DNA of 61,439 nt, filler included, from Chiloscyllium plagiosum (Eukaryota), in the NCBI RefSeq assembly GCF_004010195.1. It is 3 parts of one record of this genome, joined end to end, with 100 filler letters (N's around TTAATTAATTAA, not from the genome) between each part and the next. Parts side by side here need not be neighbours in the genome. Positions count along the whole stretch, not along the records: positions 26,775 to 40,326 come from NC_057714.1; positions 40,427 to 61,439 come from NC_057714.1; 1 more part is not named here. The stretch is one strand, 5' to 3'. The position numbers and the translations under genes were made by a program. This document shows, in pieces, positions 35,490 to 49,157 of the stretch. Under the pieces are notes generated by a model that was not told the origin of the DNA, searched no databases, and saw only the letters and a program-made list of their open reading frames with translations. Positions within the stretch are counted from its first letter, which is position 1, and each line of letters begins with the position of its first letter.

Positions 35490-36933
35490 CACGGGATAGG
35501 CTGATCCAGAAGATCAAATCACATGGAATCCACAGTGAGTTGGTAAGTTATATACAAAATTAGCTTGGCTTGGCCTTCGAAAATGGAGTTGGGGGGGGGG
35601 GGTACTTTTCTGACAGGAGATCTGTGACCAGTGGTGTTCCACAAGGATCAGCGATGGAACCTCTGGTGTTTATAATTTATGTAAATGATTTGCATAAAAA
35701 TGTAGGTGGTCTGATCAGTAAGTTTGCAGGTGACATGAAAATTGGCAGAGTTGTGAATCATGAGGAAGGGTGTCAAAGGATACAGCAGGATATGGATCAG
35801 CTGGAAAGTTGGGTGGAGAAATGGCAGATGAAGTTTAATCTGGACAAGTGTGAGGTGTTGAACTTTAGGAGGTCAAATGCCAGAAGAAAGTATACAGTAA
35901 ATGGCAGGACCCTTAGGAATACTGACATACAGAGGGATCTTGAGGTGCAAGTCCATAATTCCCTGAAAGCCGCAACACAAATGGATAAGGTGGTAAAGAA
36001 GGCATACGGTATGCTTACCTTTATCAGTCGGGGCATTGAGCATAAATGTTGGTAAGTCATGTTGCAACTGTATAAGGCCACATTTGGAGCCCTGTGTGCA
36101 GTTCTGGTCACCACAATATAGGAAAGATGTGGAGGCTTTGACAAAGGTGTGGAAGTGGTGGATGAATGTAGATTTCTCCAGCACGGGATGAATGTAGATT
36201 TCTCCAGCTTCCTCATTTCCCCTCCCCCCACGTTATCTCAGTCCCAACCCCCGGATTCAGCACCGCCCTCTTGACCTGCAATCTTCTTCCCGATCTCTCC
36301 GCCCCCACCCCCTCTCTGGCCTATCACCCTCACCCTCACCCTCACCTCCTTCCACCTATCGTATTCCCAACGGCCCTCCCGCTTGGCAAACCAGTCTCAT
36401 TCCTGAAAAAGGGCTTATGCTTGAAATGTCGATTCTCCTGCTCCTCGGATGCTGCCTGGCCTGCTGTGTTTTTCCAGCATCACATTTTTCAACTTATGAG
36501 GATGTTGCCCGGATTGGAGTATATTAGCTATAAGGAGAGGTTGAACAAACTTGAATTGTTTTCGCTGGAGTGTTGGAGGCTGAGGGTCATGCTGATAGTA
36601 GCATATATAATTATGAGAGACATGGATAGGGTAGAATGTCGGAGACTCTTTCCCAGGGTGGAAATGTCATAGGTTTAAACTGAGAGGGGCAAGTTTAAAG
36701 GACATGTGTGAGGGGAGTTTGTTACACAGAAGGTAGGTGCCTGGAAGGTGTTGACAAGAGAGGTGGTAGAAACAGATATGATAGCAAAGTTTAAGAGGCA
36801 TTTAGACAGGCACATGAACAGGCAGAGAACAGAGGGATATGGATCATGTGCAGGCAGATGGGATTAGTTTAGAATCATGGTCAGCACAGGCGTAGTGGGC
36901 CAAAGGGCCCCTTCCTGTGCTGTGCTATTCAAT
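35490..36933 (+). mobile_element. CR1 RT + 3' fragment interrupted by a Penelope piece
   Basis: ORF 35570..36055 SGVPQGS...FAGDMKIG...WQMKFN. Confidence 0.9.
36152..36492 (+). mobile_element. Penelope 3' end (end of GIY-YIG ORF, UTR, degenerate hammerhead)
   Basis: HGMNVDFSSFL-encoding segment (23-bp duplicated), then cctgaaaaagggcttatgcttgaaatgtcga. Confidence 0.75.
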
Positions 36934-37282
36934 ATTGGGGAGACAGGCCGGCTACTTGCGGAGCGTTTCAGAGAACACCTCTGGGACACCCGGACCAACC
37001 AACCCAACCACCCTGTGGCTCAACACTTCAACTCCCCCTCCCACTCCACCAAGGACATGCAGGTCNNNNNNNNNNNNNNNNNNNNNNNNNNNNNNNNNNN
37101 NNNNNNNNNNNNNNNNNNNNNNNNNNNNNNNNNNNNNNNNNNNNNNNNNNNNNNNNNNNNNNNNNNNNNNNNNNNNNNNNNNNNNNNNNNNNNNNNNNNC
37201 CTGGATGCTGCCTGACCTGCTGCACTTTTCCAGCAACACATTTTCAGCTCTGATCTCCAGCATCTGCAGCTCTCACTTTCTC
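36934..37282 (+). mobile_element. Penelope-like element fragment with GIY-YIG endonuclease and terminal repeat
   Basis: IGETGRLLAERFREH...PVAQHFNSPSH; 14-bp TSD CTGTGCTATTCAAT at 36920-36933 and 37283-37296. Confidence 0.9.
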
Positions 37283-37619
37283 CTGTGCTATTCAATGTTC
37301 TACGTTCAATCCTTCAATAATCCTTGGCTTCAGAAGTTATTTTCTTGTTTGAAAATGCAGAGAAATGAAAAGGCATGTTCTTTACAACAGGGTTAAGCAA
37401 TCCCAACTGTCAAGTCAAAGTTCTGAAGTTCTGCCATGGGGTTGTGAATGGTGGTGGACAATTAAACCACTAACAGGATTTTACTTACTCTATTACTTTA
37501 ACATGTAATGAATAATAATTCTTATTAAGTGCAAAAACCTGCTCTGTGCTTTCTATCAACATAGATTCAAAGATAGGAAAATCAGGGAATTTTTGATGCT
37601 TTTAAAATTTTTTAGTTTT

Positions 37620-38900
37620 GTGATGACTCTGGAAATGACAGGGGTTTACTTCCAGTGACTCATGCTGCTTCCACTATTTGGCACTTTAAGCAATCCTCTG
37701 TTGTAGATTTATCTGGTTATACCTCATTCTATGCCAATTGCTGTCTTCTGGCACTCTTCATTAAACCGGGGTTGACCCTTGACTTGATGGTAATGGGAGA
37801 AGGTGTTTTACACTGTACCATAAGCTTGCATCTTGTGGTTGAATACAATTCTGCTGCTAATAGTCCAGTTTTCAGTTGCTAAATCTAAGTCAGTCAGTCA
37901 AACACACAATACGATGGAGAGTATCTGTGATGAGAAGTTGGTTCTCTACCAGAACTGTGCAGTGGCCACTCCCATCAATACTGCCTTAAGCAGACACACC
38001 TGTAAAAGGTGGATTGTATAGGGCAAATATGTTTTACCACAGTGTTGGTTCCCTCACTATCTGCTCCAGACTCAGTCTAGCACTCACCTCCGATAGCAAT
38101 TAGCGAGCTCTGTCAGTGATGGTGCTACTGAGCCAATCTTGGTGATGGATGTTCCCTCTTCAGAGCATGTTCTGTGCTCTTACCATCCTCCATGTGTGTT
38201 CATCACGGAGTTGTGCTGCTTCATAGCTGAGGTGGGACTGTAGGTAGCAATCAGTTTCCCTGCCCATATTTGAGCTGATACCATGAGTCTTCATTGAGTT
38301 TGGAGTCAAAATTGAGGACTCCCAGGGTAACTCCCTCCCAACTGTATGCTATTGTGTCACCACCTCTGTTCAGTCTAACCTGCAAGTGGAGCAGGACATA
38401 CCGCAAGATGGTGATGTCTGGTACCCTCTTTGTAAGGTATGATTCTGTGAGCATGACTATATGAGGCTAATGCCTGACTGTCCCTCAAATCCCCAAAGGT
38501 AGACTTTGCAGGATCACCTGAGCTGTGTTTGCTGCAGCCTTTTCTACTGTGAAGGTCATTGTATGTGGTCTGTCTGGCTTCAGTCTATTTTTTAGGTGTT
38601 GGAGCAGTTTTGATGTAACTAAAGGGTTTGGTAGGCCATTTCAGAGGGCAGTCACAAGTCAACCACATTGGTGTGGGTCTGGAATCAAGGTAGGCCAGGC
38701 CAGGTAAGTACAGTAGATTTCCTGCCTGAAAAGGAGCTGGAGGGGGTTTTGATTAAGATGGTTACATGGTCAACATTAAGATAGATTAATTCCAGATTTC
38801 ATTAAATTAAAATTCTACCATTTGACCTGATGGGATTCTAATCCATGCCCCAGAATATTAGTGTCGAATATTATTGGTGACATTACCACTACATCGCCTT
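37620..38900 (-). mobile_element. Family B tRNA-headed APE LINE, second copy
   Basis: Head at 38820-38900, body, then ORF 38251..38454 LTESYLT...RGGDTIAYS...QLKYGQGN. Confidence 0.75.
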
Positions 38901-39014
38901 TGTGGATAGAATTCATGGTGAAGTCACTTTGAGTTGCATCCAAGATCAGAGAAACCAAATGAGGCATTTGTTGTTTTAGTGCCATAGGTGCTGTTATGGA
39001 GCCAAGATGGTTTT

Positions 39015-39845
39015 AGAGTCAAGGAGGTCTGCAGCATGGAAACAGGCCATTTGACCCAACTTGTCCATGCCACCCAGTTTTCACAATTAAACTAGTTCCA
39101 TTTGCCTGCGTTTGCTCCATATCCCTCCATCTGTGCAAATATCCAAATGTTTCTTAAATGATGAAATTGTACTCACATCCTCTGTTACCCCCTAGCAGCC
39201 CAAACCAGATACTCACTACCCTCTGTGTGAAAAGATTACATAGCCAGACCCTTTTGTATCTCTCCCCTCTCACCTTAAACCTAGGCTGTCTAGTTTTAGA
39301 GTCCCCTACCATGGAGAAAGACTGTTGACTATCTACTTTATCCATGCCTCTCATGATCTTATAGACCTCTGTCAAGTCACCCCTCAGTCTCCTACACTTC
39401 AGGGAAAAAGTGCCAGCTTATTCAACCTCTCTTTATTATAACTTAAGCTCCATTTAGTATCATAATAATTTTTTTTCTGCACTCTTTCTAGTTTGATAAT
39501 ATCCTTTCTATAGTATGGTGACCAGAACTAAGTGCAGTACTCCAAATGTGATTACTGATGTTTTGTACAGCTGCAACAAGGTGTCCCAACTCCTATACTC
39601 AGTGCTCTGATCAATGAAAGCAGGTTTGCCAAAAGCCACATTTGTCACCCTCTTAAGGACAGTATAATGGTGGCTGAAAGAACTTTAGACGAGGACTCGT
39701 CTACTGAGGTGGTATGGGCTGAGCTTAGAAACAGGAGAGGAGAGGTCACACTGCTGGGAGTTTTGTTATAGGCCTCCGCAGAGTTCCAGGGATGTGGAGG
39801 AGAGGATTGGCAAAACAATTCTGGTTAGGAGTGCAAGGAACAGGG
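39015..39845. mobile_element. CR1 3' fragment (-, to 39655) plus CR1 APE fragment (+)
   Basis: ORF 39154..39375; EVVWAELRNRRGEVTLLG on plus. Confidence 0.85.
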
Positions 39846-40503
39846 TCTACTCACCTCCATAACCAGCGCTCCTCAAACATTCTAGAAGATTCCCCTGGCC
39901 TCGGAATCTATTCCGCCATTAGCCATGCGGCTGATGCAGCTGCCACCCCCACGCTGATTGATGATGTCACTTCCACCCCCATCTTGGCCACTCCCACAAC
40001 CACTTCCACCCCTCACAAATCCTCATGCATCACGTGTGACATCACTTCCGCCCTTACATCATTGCTGATGCCACATGCTCAGTGACTTCCGCCACCCCTA
40101 CTGCCGTGGTCACCACCACTTCCGCCCCCACCAGCGCCACTCACCTGCATTCTGCTGACATGCCCCCCACAGACCCTACTGTCACTATCCCCACCCCCCA
40201 GAACCCCGAGGGGAACACTACCCTTGCTCATGACTCTACCCCCATTCCCCCCACCATCACACCCACTCCAGTTACAGGTTCCGCCCCCACTCCCAGCTCT
40301 ACACCCACACCAGATCCCAGCTCCCANNNNNNNNNNNNNNNNNNNNNNNNNNNNNNNNNNNNNNNNNNNNTTAATTAATTAANNNNNNNNNNNNNNNNNN
40401 NNNNNNNNNNNNNNNNNNNNNNNNNNTATGCCCGAAACGTCGATTCTCCTGTTCCCTGGATGCTGCCTGACCTGCTGCGCTTTTCCAGCAACACATTTTC
40501 AGC
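39846..40503 (+). mobile_element. Penelope-like element: Pro/Thr-rich ORF segment, gap, terminal repeat with partial hammerhead
   Basis: C-rich ORF 40082..40378; after the gap tatgcccgaaacgtcgattc...; linkage across the gap is unproven. Confidence 0.6.
40371..40382. other. Synthetic scaffold linker TTAATTAATTAA
   Basis: Same 44N-12-44N layout as at 26719. Confidence 0.9.
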
Positions 40504-41479
40504 ACAGAACTAACTAATCATGACATTGGCTTTTCGCTGGTGCCTCCGAACAGCACACTTAGCGTGGGCTGGTCATTGATGTCCTTGAAATGAAACAGCA
40601 GCTCAAAGTTGGCACGCTGTCTGAATCGCACATTAATTGCACATCACAATCCAAGCCCCTGCTTTCTGGCAATATTAAATCCAACTACAAAGATTCCAGG
40701 CTCCTCCTTGTAACATTTCCTCATTCCCTGTCATGGATTTCAGAGCAGTGTTGTGGAAGGGATGACTTTTCCTCTTTATCCTTGATTACTGACAACAAGA
40801 TGAGCATTTTTGGGGATAAAAGTAGAAATCTTAGAGTGCTGTCACTTCTAATATTAGGCATCCTGGTAAGTTCAACTCAAGTGTAAAAGCCGCAATGCCC
40901 CACAATTATAGGAACACAATGGAACATATAGAACAATACAGTGCAGAACAGGCCCTTCGGCCCTCGATGTTGTGCCGACCTGTGAACTATTCTCATGTGA
41001 GTACACAATTCCTCAAGCAAACACACAGACTAGTCCACCTGAAGATTCTCCCCCTGTCTGAAATAACTTTCCTTCCAAATGTAGACTACAATTCCTAGCT
41101 TCGAGTTAAGTTTCAAGGCTTGCAGAGCTGATTGCATTCCTGGTTTAGCTGAACACACTGAACTTGCATTTTGTAGACAGAGGATCATGAGGCTGCGTTT
41201 TGCTGTTCAGATAAGGGCCAGGGATGGAATCGTATAACAGCAAATGGGAGTTTGCTTTATTCACAAAAAGTCCACAATTCACTAATTGCATTACAGCCAA
41301 ATTGCGTTTAGTAAATGTGCGTTATAGGAGAACTACCTGTATACAGACAGGCAAATGCAAACTCATACACAGAAGCATAGAAACAGATAAAGAAACAAAT
41401 ACACACACATACGGGCACTCAGACACACATACACACAGGGAATACACATACTTACGTATATGCAGATGGAGCTTAATTT

Positions 41480-42205
41480 AGATAAATACAAGGTTTTGAG
41501 TTTTGGTGGGTCAAATCAGGACTTATAGAGTCAATGGTAGGGCCCGGGGAGGTGTTATGGAACAAAGAGATCTAGGGTTACAGGTTCATAGCTCCTTGAA
41601 AGTTGAGTCACAGATAGACAAAGTGGTGAAGAGGGCATTCGGCATGCTTTCATCAGAACATTGTGTATAGGAGTTGGGACATCTTGCTGCAGCTGTACAA
41701 GACATTGGTGAGGCCACTTTTGGAGTATTGCCTACTATAGCAAGGATATTATCCAAACTAGATAATATTGGAAAAGATTTACTACAATGCTACCTGCACT
41801 GGAAAGCTATAAAGAGAGGTTGGATATGCTGGGACCTTCTTCCCTGGAGCACAGGAGACTGAGGAGTGAGGTACATAAAATCAGACATAAGATAGATAGC
41901 CCACAGCCTTTTGCCACGGTAGGGGAGTTTAAAACTAGAGGGTATGGGTTTAAGGTAGGAGGGGAGAGATACAAAAATGACCAGAGGGACAGTTCCTTCT
42001 CACAAAGGGTGGTGAGTGTCCGGAATGGGCTGCCTGATGTCATGGTGGAAGGGAGTATAACTTCGTCATTTAAGGAACATTTAGACAGGTGCATGGATGG
42101 GATAGGTATAAAGGGATATGGACTAAACACAGGCAAATGGGACCAGTTTAATTGTGAAAACTGGGCAGCATGAACAAGTTTGGTTAAATGGCCTGTTTCC
42201 ATGTC
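41480..42205 (+). mobile_element. CR1 3' fragment
   Basis: ORF 41787..42173 YKERLDMLG...FSQRVVSVRNGLP. Confidence 0.88.
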
Positions 42206-43847
42206 GCACTCCTCTTTAGTTAAAAATCACACAGCACCCCAGTCCAACATTGGCAAATCCAAAACACCCCTCTTTGACTCTAAAACTCCATAACAGCTCC
42301 CATGACACTAAAGGCCTGTTTCCATGCTGTATAACTCTATAACATACAAACATCAGCATGTATACACACAGATGCTCAAGCACTGTCACATGTACAGACA
42401 GACATGCACAGGGAAACACACATAAACAAAGACAAGCAACAACCAATACACACACACATGCACATGTACACATGACATACACAAGCACACTGACACGCAC
42501 ACATAGATACAGACGAGAAGAGTTGAAGTCGAGAAACAAATCATGCACTTCGGCTATTAGCAGAACAACACGAAACAAAAATCACATGTTCTAATCCACC
42601 CTTTTTAAGATGCAATCCTACAGACTGGAATGCGTTCTCTCTTGTAACTTTTTAGAGATGACTAAAAGTTAGATGTCGCTGGTTTTGCTAAAGAGATCAT
42701 GGATGACTTTCTGTCAAGATGGGTCTTTGCAGGTGAAGAAAAGTTGGTCCTGTCTCTCACTGCCTGCTCCGGGATAGAGCTCCTTTCTTTTTGTTAGAGG
42801 ATAGGCTCTCTTTGGTCCTTGCTATTTTTAAATCACATCACTGAAGTGTGTGGCACTTGAACCCAGGGCTCCTGGCTCAGAGGTAGGGACAATACCACTA
42901 TGCCACAAGAGCCCTCCAGACAAATGTGTGATGGACTGATTCTTTAGAGCATTGCATTTGTTATCAAAGTCACTATTGGTCACATGACCACATGATCGAA
43001 ACTTCTAATGTCTGCACAACTAGTTCAAAGTTTTAAAATGAAATCTGTTCTCATCTAATAAGATAAAACCCTGAGACTTGTTTGTGATGAACTGGTTTCT
43101 ACCTACTTCCCTGCACTAAGCTTCAAACTCACAACATTGAATCAGGGCTGGAGCTATGGAGGGGAGAGTAGAACCATCAAATTTGAGTTTTATTAAATAA
43201 ACAGACAATAAGATAACAATTGTTCAATTTACAAGCAATTTTGTATCCAGTACGCATGTTTAAGGGAAGACATTCCACCTACTGATAATTCCATTTTAAT
43301 AACTTCTGGAAATATGTTTTTGTCTGAGTAGAGAGCATAAAAAGTCACCTGACCTTTGGTGGTCAGCTTTTTTTTGGCAACGTTTTGTTCATTTTGTATA
43401 AAAAGCACAAGTTAACTTCAACAAATCCATATTGATTTACACTTTGCAATTTAGCAATACATTGATCTCTACTGAGTAAGAGAGTAGACATAATTTATGT
43501 CTCCATATGATCATTTCTTCCCTCCATCAGTTCCTCATCTCGCTCCTTCCTGGTGGCCATCTTATCTTTTTTAATAAAAGAAATTCTAATTTCCACAAAT
43601 GTTTTACCAGTTTCTGAAGTTTCAAAGATAATAAAAGCACCAAGTAAAATATCACTTATCCTCTTAATACCTTTTTAAGGAATAAAGACTTGGTATTTCT
43701 GTCTCACGGTTTGACGCAGCCTACAGTTCAGTCATGAGCACAATTCACTGTTCCAGAAGGAGACATCATTTAACCTAATGTCAATGAAGACACAAGACTT
43801 AGGAACTTCGGATTCAAAGCCAATTTTAACAGTCCTGTTACAATCGA

Positions 43848-44060
43848 CCTGGATCCACCCCTCTACTCTATTACCCTGCATTTCCAATCCACTTAACCTC
43901 ACTCCTTTAGATTGTGGGAGAATACCAGAGCACCTGGGAAAACCCATTCAAGCTCAAGGAGAACATGCAAACTCCACACAGTCACCCAAAGGTTGAAACA
44001 AACCTGGGTCCCTGGTGTTGTGAGGCAGCAGTGCTAACCACTGAGACACTGTGCTGCCAT
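43848..44060 (-). mobile_element. Degenerate HE1-type SINE (another at 44215-44420)
   Basis: tgtgaggcagcagtgctaaccactg head and V core. Confidence 0.8.
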
Positions 44061-44627
44061 CAAATTAATGTAAATGAAGACACAAGCCCTAGGAATCCAG
44101 AAATCAAGGCCAATATCAAGATGAGTTACAATCGAGGACCATCAACATGACAATGGGTTACAGCTGGAGTTGAAATGTTGGAAAGTCCATTATAGAAGAA
44201 AAGATATTAAAACACTATCATAGAATTCCTTCAGTGCAGAAAGTGACCATTCAGCCCATTGGGTCTGCACCAAACCTCTGACAAACATTCCACCCATATC
44301 CTTGGACACTATGGAGTAATTTAGTCTGGTCAATACTCCCAACCAGCATATCTTTGAACTGTGGGAGGAAACCCAACCACCCATAGGAAGCCCACACAGA
44401 CACGGGGAGAACATGCAAATAAGAGGCTGACAAGTTAAAGTTGAAAGGTCATGCCAGTAATGGGAACTAGAGGAATAGAGGAGATTCGATGAATGTTTTT
44501 CAAATATAATCAAGAAGATTTTCCTGGGATTACTAAAGAAGGACCATTTCCTCTTGTCGAGACTCTGATCTCCTTGTCAATTGGTTTAAACCTTCCAGAA
44601 AGCACAACAAATGGCTGTACGTTATGG

Positions 44628-45005
44628 AGAGGCAATGGCCCAATGAACTTTTAATCACTAGACTTTTAATTCAGAAATTCCGCTATGTTCTAGGGACCTG
44701 GGTTCAAATCGTACCATGACAGATGATGGAATTTGAATTTAATAATAAGCTGGAATTACAAATTATTTGTTGACCATGAAATCAATGTTGATTGATGGAA
44801 AAGCCCATCTGGTTTACTAATGCCCTTCAGGGAATGAAATCTGCAATCCTCACTGAGTCTGGCCTACATGTGACTCCAGACCTATAGCAATGTGGTTGAC
44901 TGTCAATTGGCCTGTGAAATGGCCTAACAAGCTATTCAGTTCAAAGCAACTATGGACAGGTTATAACTGCTGGCCAGTTTCTCACAAGTGAATAAGAAAG
45001 ACAAG
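44628..45005 (+). mobile_element. Family B tRNA-SINE
   Basis: B box GGTTCAAATC, shared body, 3' tail ending gtgaataagaaa. Confidence 0.8.
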
Positions 45006-46844
45006 AGCATTGATCCCAGCTCAGGTACAACTGATTTGGTCTCCACATATCCCATTCCCATGGGAAACGTTACCAATAGCCCAGGAACATAAAAACCCTC
45101 CATCGTCCAGCATCTCTCCATTTCATCTTGTGCTATCTTCTCTACCATCATTAAGATGGAGAGTGACATAGTTGATTCTGAGGCTAGGGTCCTGATTCTA
45201 AATGAAGGAAACAATGATGGTATGAGGCAGGAGTGACTATGATAAATTGGGGGATGTTACTTAAAGTAATAACAGCCAATCGGCAATGGCAAACATTTAA
45301 AGAGTATGTGGACAAATTGAAACAATTGCTCATTGCTATCTGGCACAGAAGTGAAACAGGAAATGAGGCCCAACCATGGCTAACAAGGTAAATTAGCAAT
45401 AGTACCAGATCCAAGTAAGGGGTAAGCAAATTGGCCAAAATAGCAGCAGACCTGATGATTGGGAGCAATTTAGATTCAGCAAAAGACCACAAGGGAATTG
45501 ATTAAGAGGGGCAACATAGACTATGACAGTGGCACCATGGGTGCTGGGGAAAAAATAAGCACTACCGCACTTAGGTGGTAGTGTGGGGGTTAAGAAAAAA
45601 AAAAGAAAGAAAAAAATAGACTATGACAGTAAGCTTGTGGGGAAAATGCAACTGAATGTAAAAGCTTCTACAGGTATGTGAAGGGAAAAAGATTAGCAAA
45701 GACAAATGTAGGTCCATTATAGTCAGAAACATGGCAAGTTACAATGGAGAACAAAGGTGGCAGACCAATCACCTACATATTTTGGTTCAGTGTTCACAAA
45801 GAAGAATACAAATAACATTCCAAAAATATTGGAGGACACAGGATCTAGTGAGAGGGAGAAACTGAAGCAAATCAATATTAGCACGGAAATGGTGTTGGGG
45901 AAATCATTAGGATTAAAGGCTAATAAATTCCCATGTTTCAAAAATCGAATACTTAAGGAAGCGGCCCTAGAAATAGTGAAGGTTTTGGTGGTCATCTTTC
46001 AAGATTCTATCCACTCTGGGACAGTTCCAATGGATTGGAGGATAGTTAATGTATGCTCACTCTTTTCAAAAAACGTAAAGAAATAACAGGGAATTATCGA
46101 CCAGTTGGCCTTTCATGGTAGTGGGAAAATGCGAGAGGCCATTACAAAAGATTTAAAGCCGAGCACTTGGCAAACAGTGGCAGCAAAAATAGGGAGGCAG
46201 ATTTTTATTTGAATGGTGATAGATTGGGAAAAGGGAAGGTGTAACAAGAACTGGATATTTTTGTACATCAGCCTCTGAAAATAAGCATCCAAGTGCAGCA
46301 GGCGACGATGAAGGCAAATGGTATGTTGGCCTTTTTAGTGAGAGAATTCGAATACAGGAGCAGGGATATCTTGCTACAATTACAGTGTCTTGTTGAGATG
46401 ACACCTGGAGTATTGTGTGCAATTTGGTATCCTGAACCGTGGAAGAATGTTCTAGCTATGCAAGGAGTGCATGAAGACTGATTCCTGGGATGGCAGAACA
46501 TATGTATGAGGACAGACTGGATCAGTTGGACCTGTATTCATTGGAATTTAGAAGACTAAGGGGGTAATCTCGTCAAAACATTTAAAATTCTAACAGGACG
46601 AGACAGGGTAAACACAAGGAGAATGTTCCTGATTACCAGGGAGTCCAAAAGCAGGAGTCACAGTCTAAGGACATAAGATTGGTCAGTTAGGACTTTGATG
46701 AGGAGGAATTTCTTCACCCTGACAGGAATGAGTCTGTAGAATTCTCTGGCACAGAAAGTGGTTAAGGCCAAAACACTGAATGTTTGATTTGCACCTGAGA
46801 AGGAGCGAGGGTCTGAAAGTTTCAGATAAACCTGTTGGACTTGT

Positions 46845-47135
46845 TAGTGGTTAGCACTGCTGCCTCACAGCGCCAGAGACCCGGGTTCAATTCCCGACTC
46901 AGGCGACTGTGTGTGGAGTTTGCACATTCTCCCCGTGTCTGCGTGGGTTTCCTCTGGGTGCTCCGGTTTCCTCCCACAGTCCAAAGATGTGCAGGTCAGA
47001 TGAATTGGCTATGCTAAATTGCCCGTAGTGTTAGGCAAAGGGGTAAATGTAGGGGAATGCGTGGGTGGCGGGTCAGTTTGGACTTGTTGGGCCGAAGGGC
47101 CTGTTTCCACACTGTAAGTAATCTAATCTAATCTA
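46845..47135 (+). mobile_element. HE1-type V-SINE inserted in a second-family Penelope fragment (46785-47160)
   Basis: Young HE1 copy splits ataaacctgttggact|aacctggtgt. Confidence 0.88.
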
Positions 47136-47283
47136 ACCTGGTGTCAAGCAATTTTTGACCGTTTTCAAAAGGGGGCTAGATATAGTCTTTAAGGCTAAAG
47201 GGCTCAAAGGTATGGGGTGAAAGCAAGGAACTGAGTACTGAGTTGGATGATAGGCCATGACCATCTTGAATGAAGGTGTAGGC

Positions 47284-47390
47284 CTCATTCCTGATTTTGC
47301 CCGAAACGTTGATTTTCCTGCGCTTCAGATAATGTGCTTTTCTAGCACCACTCTAATCTAGGCTCTGATCTGCAGTCCTCACATTCAACT
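47284..47390 (+). mobile_element. Deleted Penelope-derived short element
   Basis: cattcctga...ttttgcccgaaacgttgattttcctg...tctgcagtcctcac. Confidence 0.75.
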
Positions 47391-48759
47391 AAAGGCTGAA
47401 TGGCCTACTTCCGCTCTGATTTTCCACGACTCCTTGTTTTTGTACTTATTTGCATATGATGTTGAGATCCTGCTTGCTAATTGCTGTCCTTGTTCCCTGA
47501 AATCTCCCTGAAGGACCACATTCGTCATTCTACCTATGCCGTTAGTTACTGAGCTCCACGAATGTTTCAGAGAGGCGGTGAACAGAGGCCATGAGACACT
47601 TAACTGGGGGTTAGATTCTCCCTCTTAGACGCAGATTCTGTTCTGCCAGCCAGCAGAGAGCATTGAGAGTTAAGTTCAGAAACGTGCTCTGTGTGTGTAG
47701 CTTTACCTGTAAAATAAACTACTAAAGGTCATCAAAGTCCTCTTCCCAGAGTTTAGCAGCAGAACGTGGAAAGTTTTTTGCCTCTTCATTAATGCTGCAC
47801 TTCTCATTTTCAAAGAGAGTTTTATTTTTGCATCAGTCTAGTTACGTCACCGCCACCATGAAGAAAAACATTTTTGCAGTCAGCCACAAATAACAGGCTC
47901 GTGTTCACCGGTAACAGTCACCACTCACAGGGCTGCCGCTGTTTAAATAAAGCACCCTGAGGAATTCTGGAAGAGAGATGGCATGAGTGATGTCCCGCCT
48001 TATTATGCAACACTGAATAACATCATTGTGCTAATGAGGGAGGGGTTAGCCTCTGTGGCAGCTACACCCGTTGAAGTAGCGGCCACTTACAGACAACACT
48101 AAAACAAAGGACACATGGCTCTATTGAGTTGTTTTCTGTGAATGCTTTTTTTGGAGTTCAGACTCATTAATTATGTGCAATTTGTAAAGAACTCCAGTCT
48201 CATTAACCTCCAACCCTGGAAGAAGCACAATTGTACACCGAACATCAATTTGTGCAGCACTTTCCAAACTAACAGGTTTGGTAAAAAGAGTAATCATTGA
48301 TGGTTTTACGTTTCGTGACCTGAACATGCTAATTGGAGATTGCATTTGCTAAAAGTAGTTTTAACATTAAAGTTGGATCTACTATTGAAAATCAGAACTA
48401 TTTACTGCATGATAGATATTGCAGGAAAGTGTAAGAATGAAATTGCACTATGTGAATTTAACATCAAATGCTTAACATGCTTTTATTAAATTCCTGAGTC
48501 TACCATTAAAGACATTAATCTTCTTTTTTGTTTTAAGCAGATTAATGCCTCTGTTAAAATAAGGAACAGGAATTTGATACAAATGTGTTAAGCCTCAGTA
48601 AACTAATATTCACATGGCATGGTATCTTTTTAAAGAAATTATTTCAAGAATTAAAAGAAAATTCTGCAAACTCTGTTATCACCACACGGTTATAAAACTA
48701 AATTACTGATATTCCGAAGTTCAATATCTATCCGAGGTCTTTAACCTTTACCATTGGAG

Positions 48760-49030
48760 CATGCTACAAAGTACATGGCAGCAATTTGCCAGCAGCCTTC
48801 CAAACCCACTACCTCTACAGCCTAGAAATGCAGCAGGCGCATGGGAACACATCCAACTCGCAATCTCCCTCCAAGTATATTGCTTTTCCTTCACCATCAC
48901 TTGGTCAATGGTCATGGATCTCGCTCCTGGACCGCACTGTGGGAGTGCTGCAGCAGTTCAAGAAGACGACTTGCTATCACCTTGCCAAGGTCAAGTAGGG
49001 ATTTGCCAATAGCACCTGAATAAATCAATT
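48760..49030 (+). mobile_element. Family B LINE 3' end
   Basis: cagccttccaaacccac...gcagcagttcaagaag...caaggtcaagtagggat, leading to the tail shared with the family B SINE. Confidence 0.65.
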
Positions 49031-49157
49031 CAAGAAGCAGTTCACCTGAAATGCTCACGAAGAAACCTTTGTCCCAACGTTACTGCATGCAGGACACTGC
49101 AAAGGCTGTGCCCTAACAACATGGATACTGAAGACCCTGTGCTTCAGAATTAGCTGG

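Larger units (their letters stand above)
45185..47420 (+). mobile_element. Old CR1 LINE with internal deletions and nested HE1/Penelope pieces
   Basis: ORF 45757..46086 YFGSVFT...ILKEAALEIV...VPMDWR; ORF 46293..46481. Confidence 0.85.

Noticed and set aside
39792..40378. Mucin-like host gene
   Set aside because: Pro/Thr-rich segment abuts a CR1 fragment and a Penelope terminal repeat and has no splice or signal-peptide support; more likely retroelement sequence
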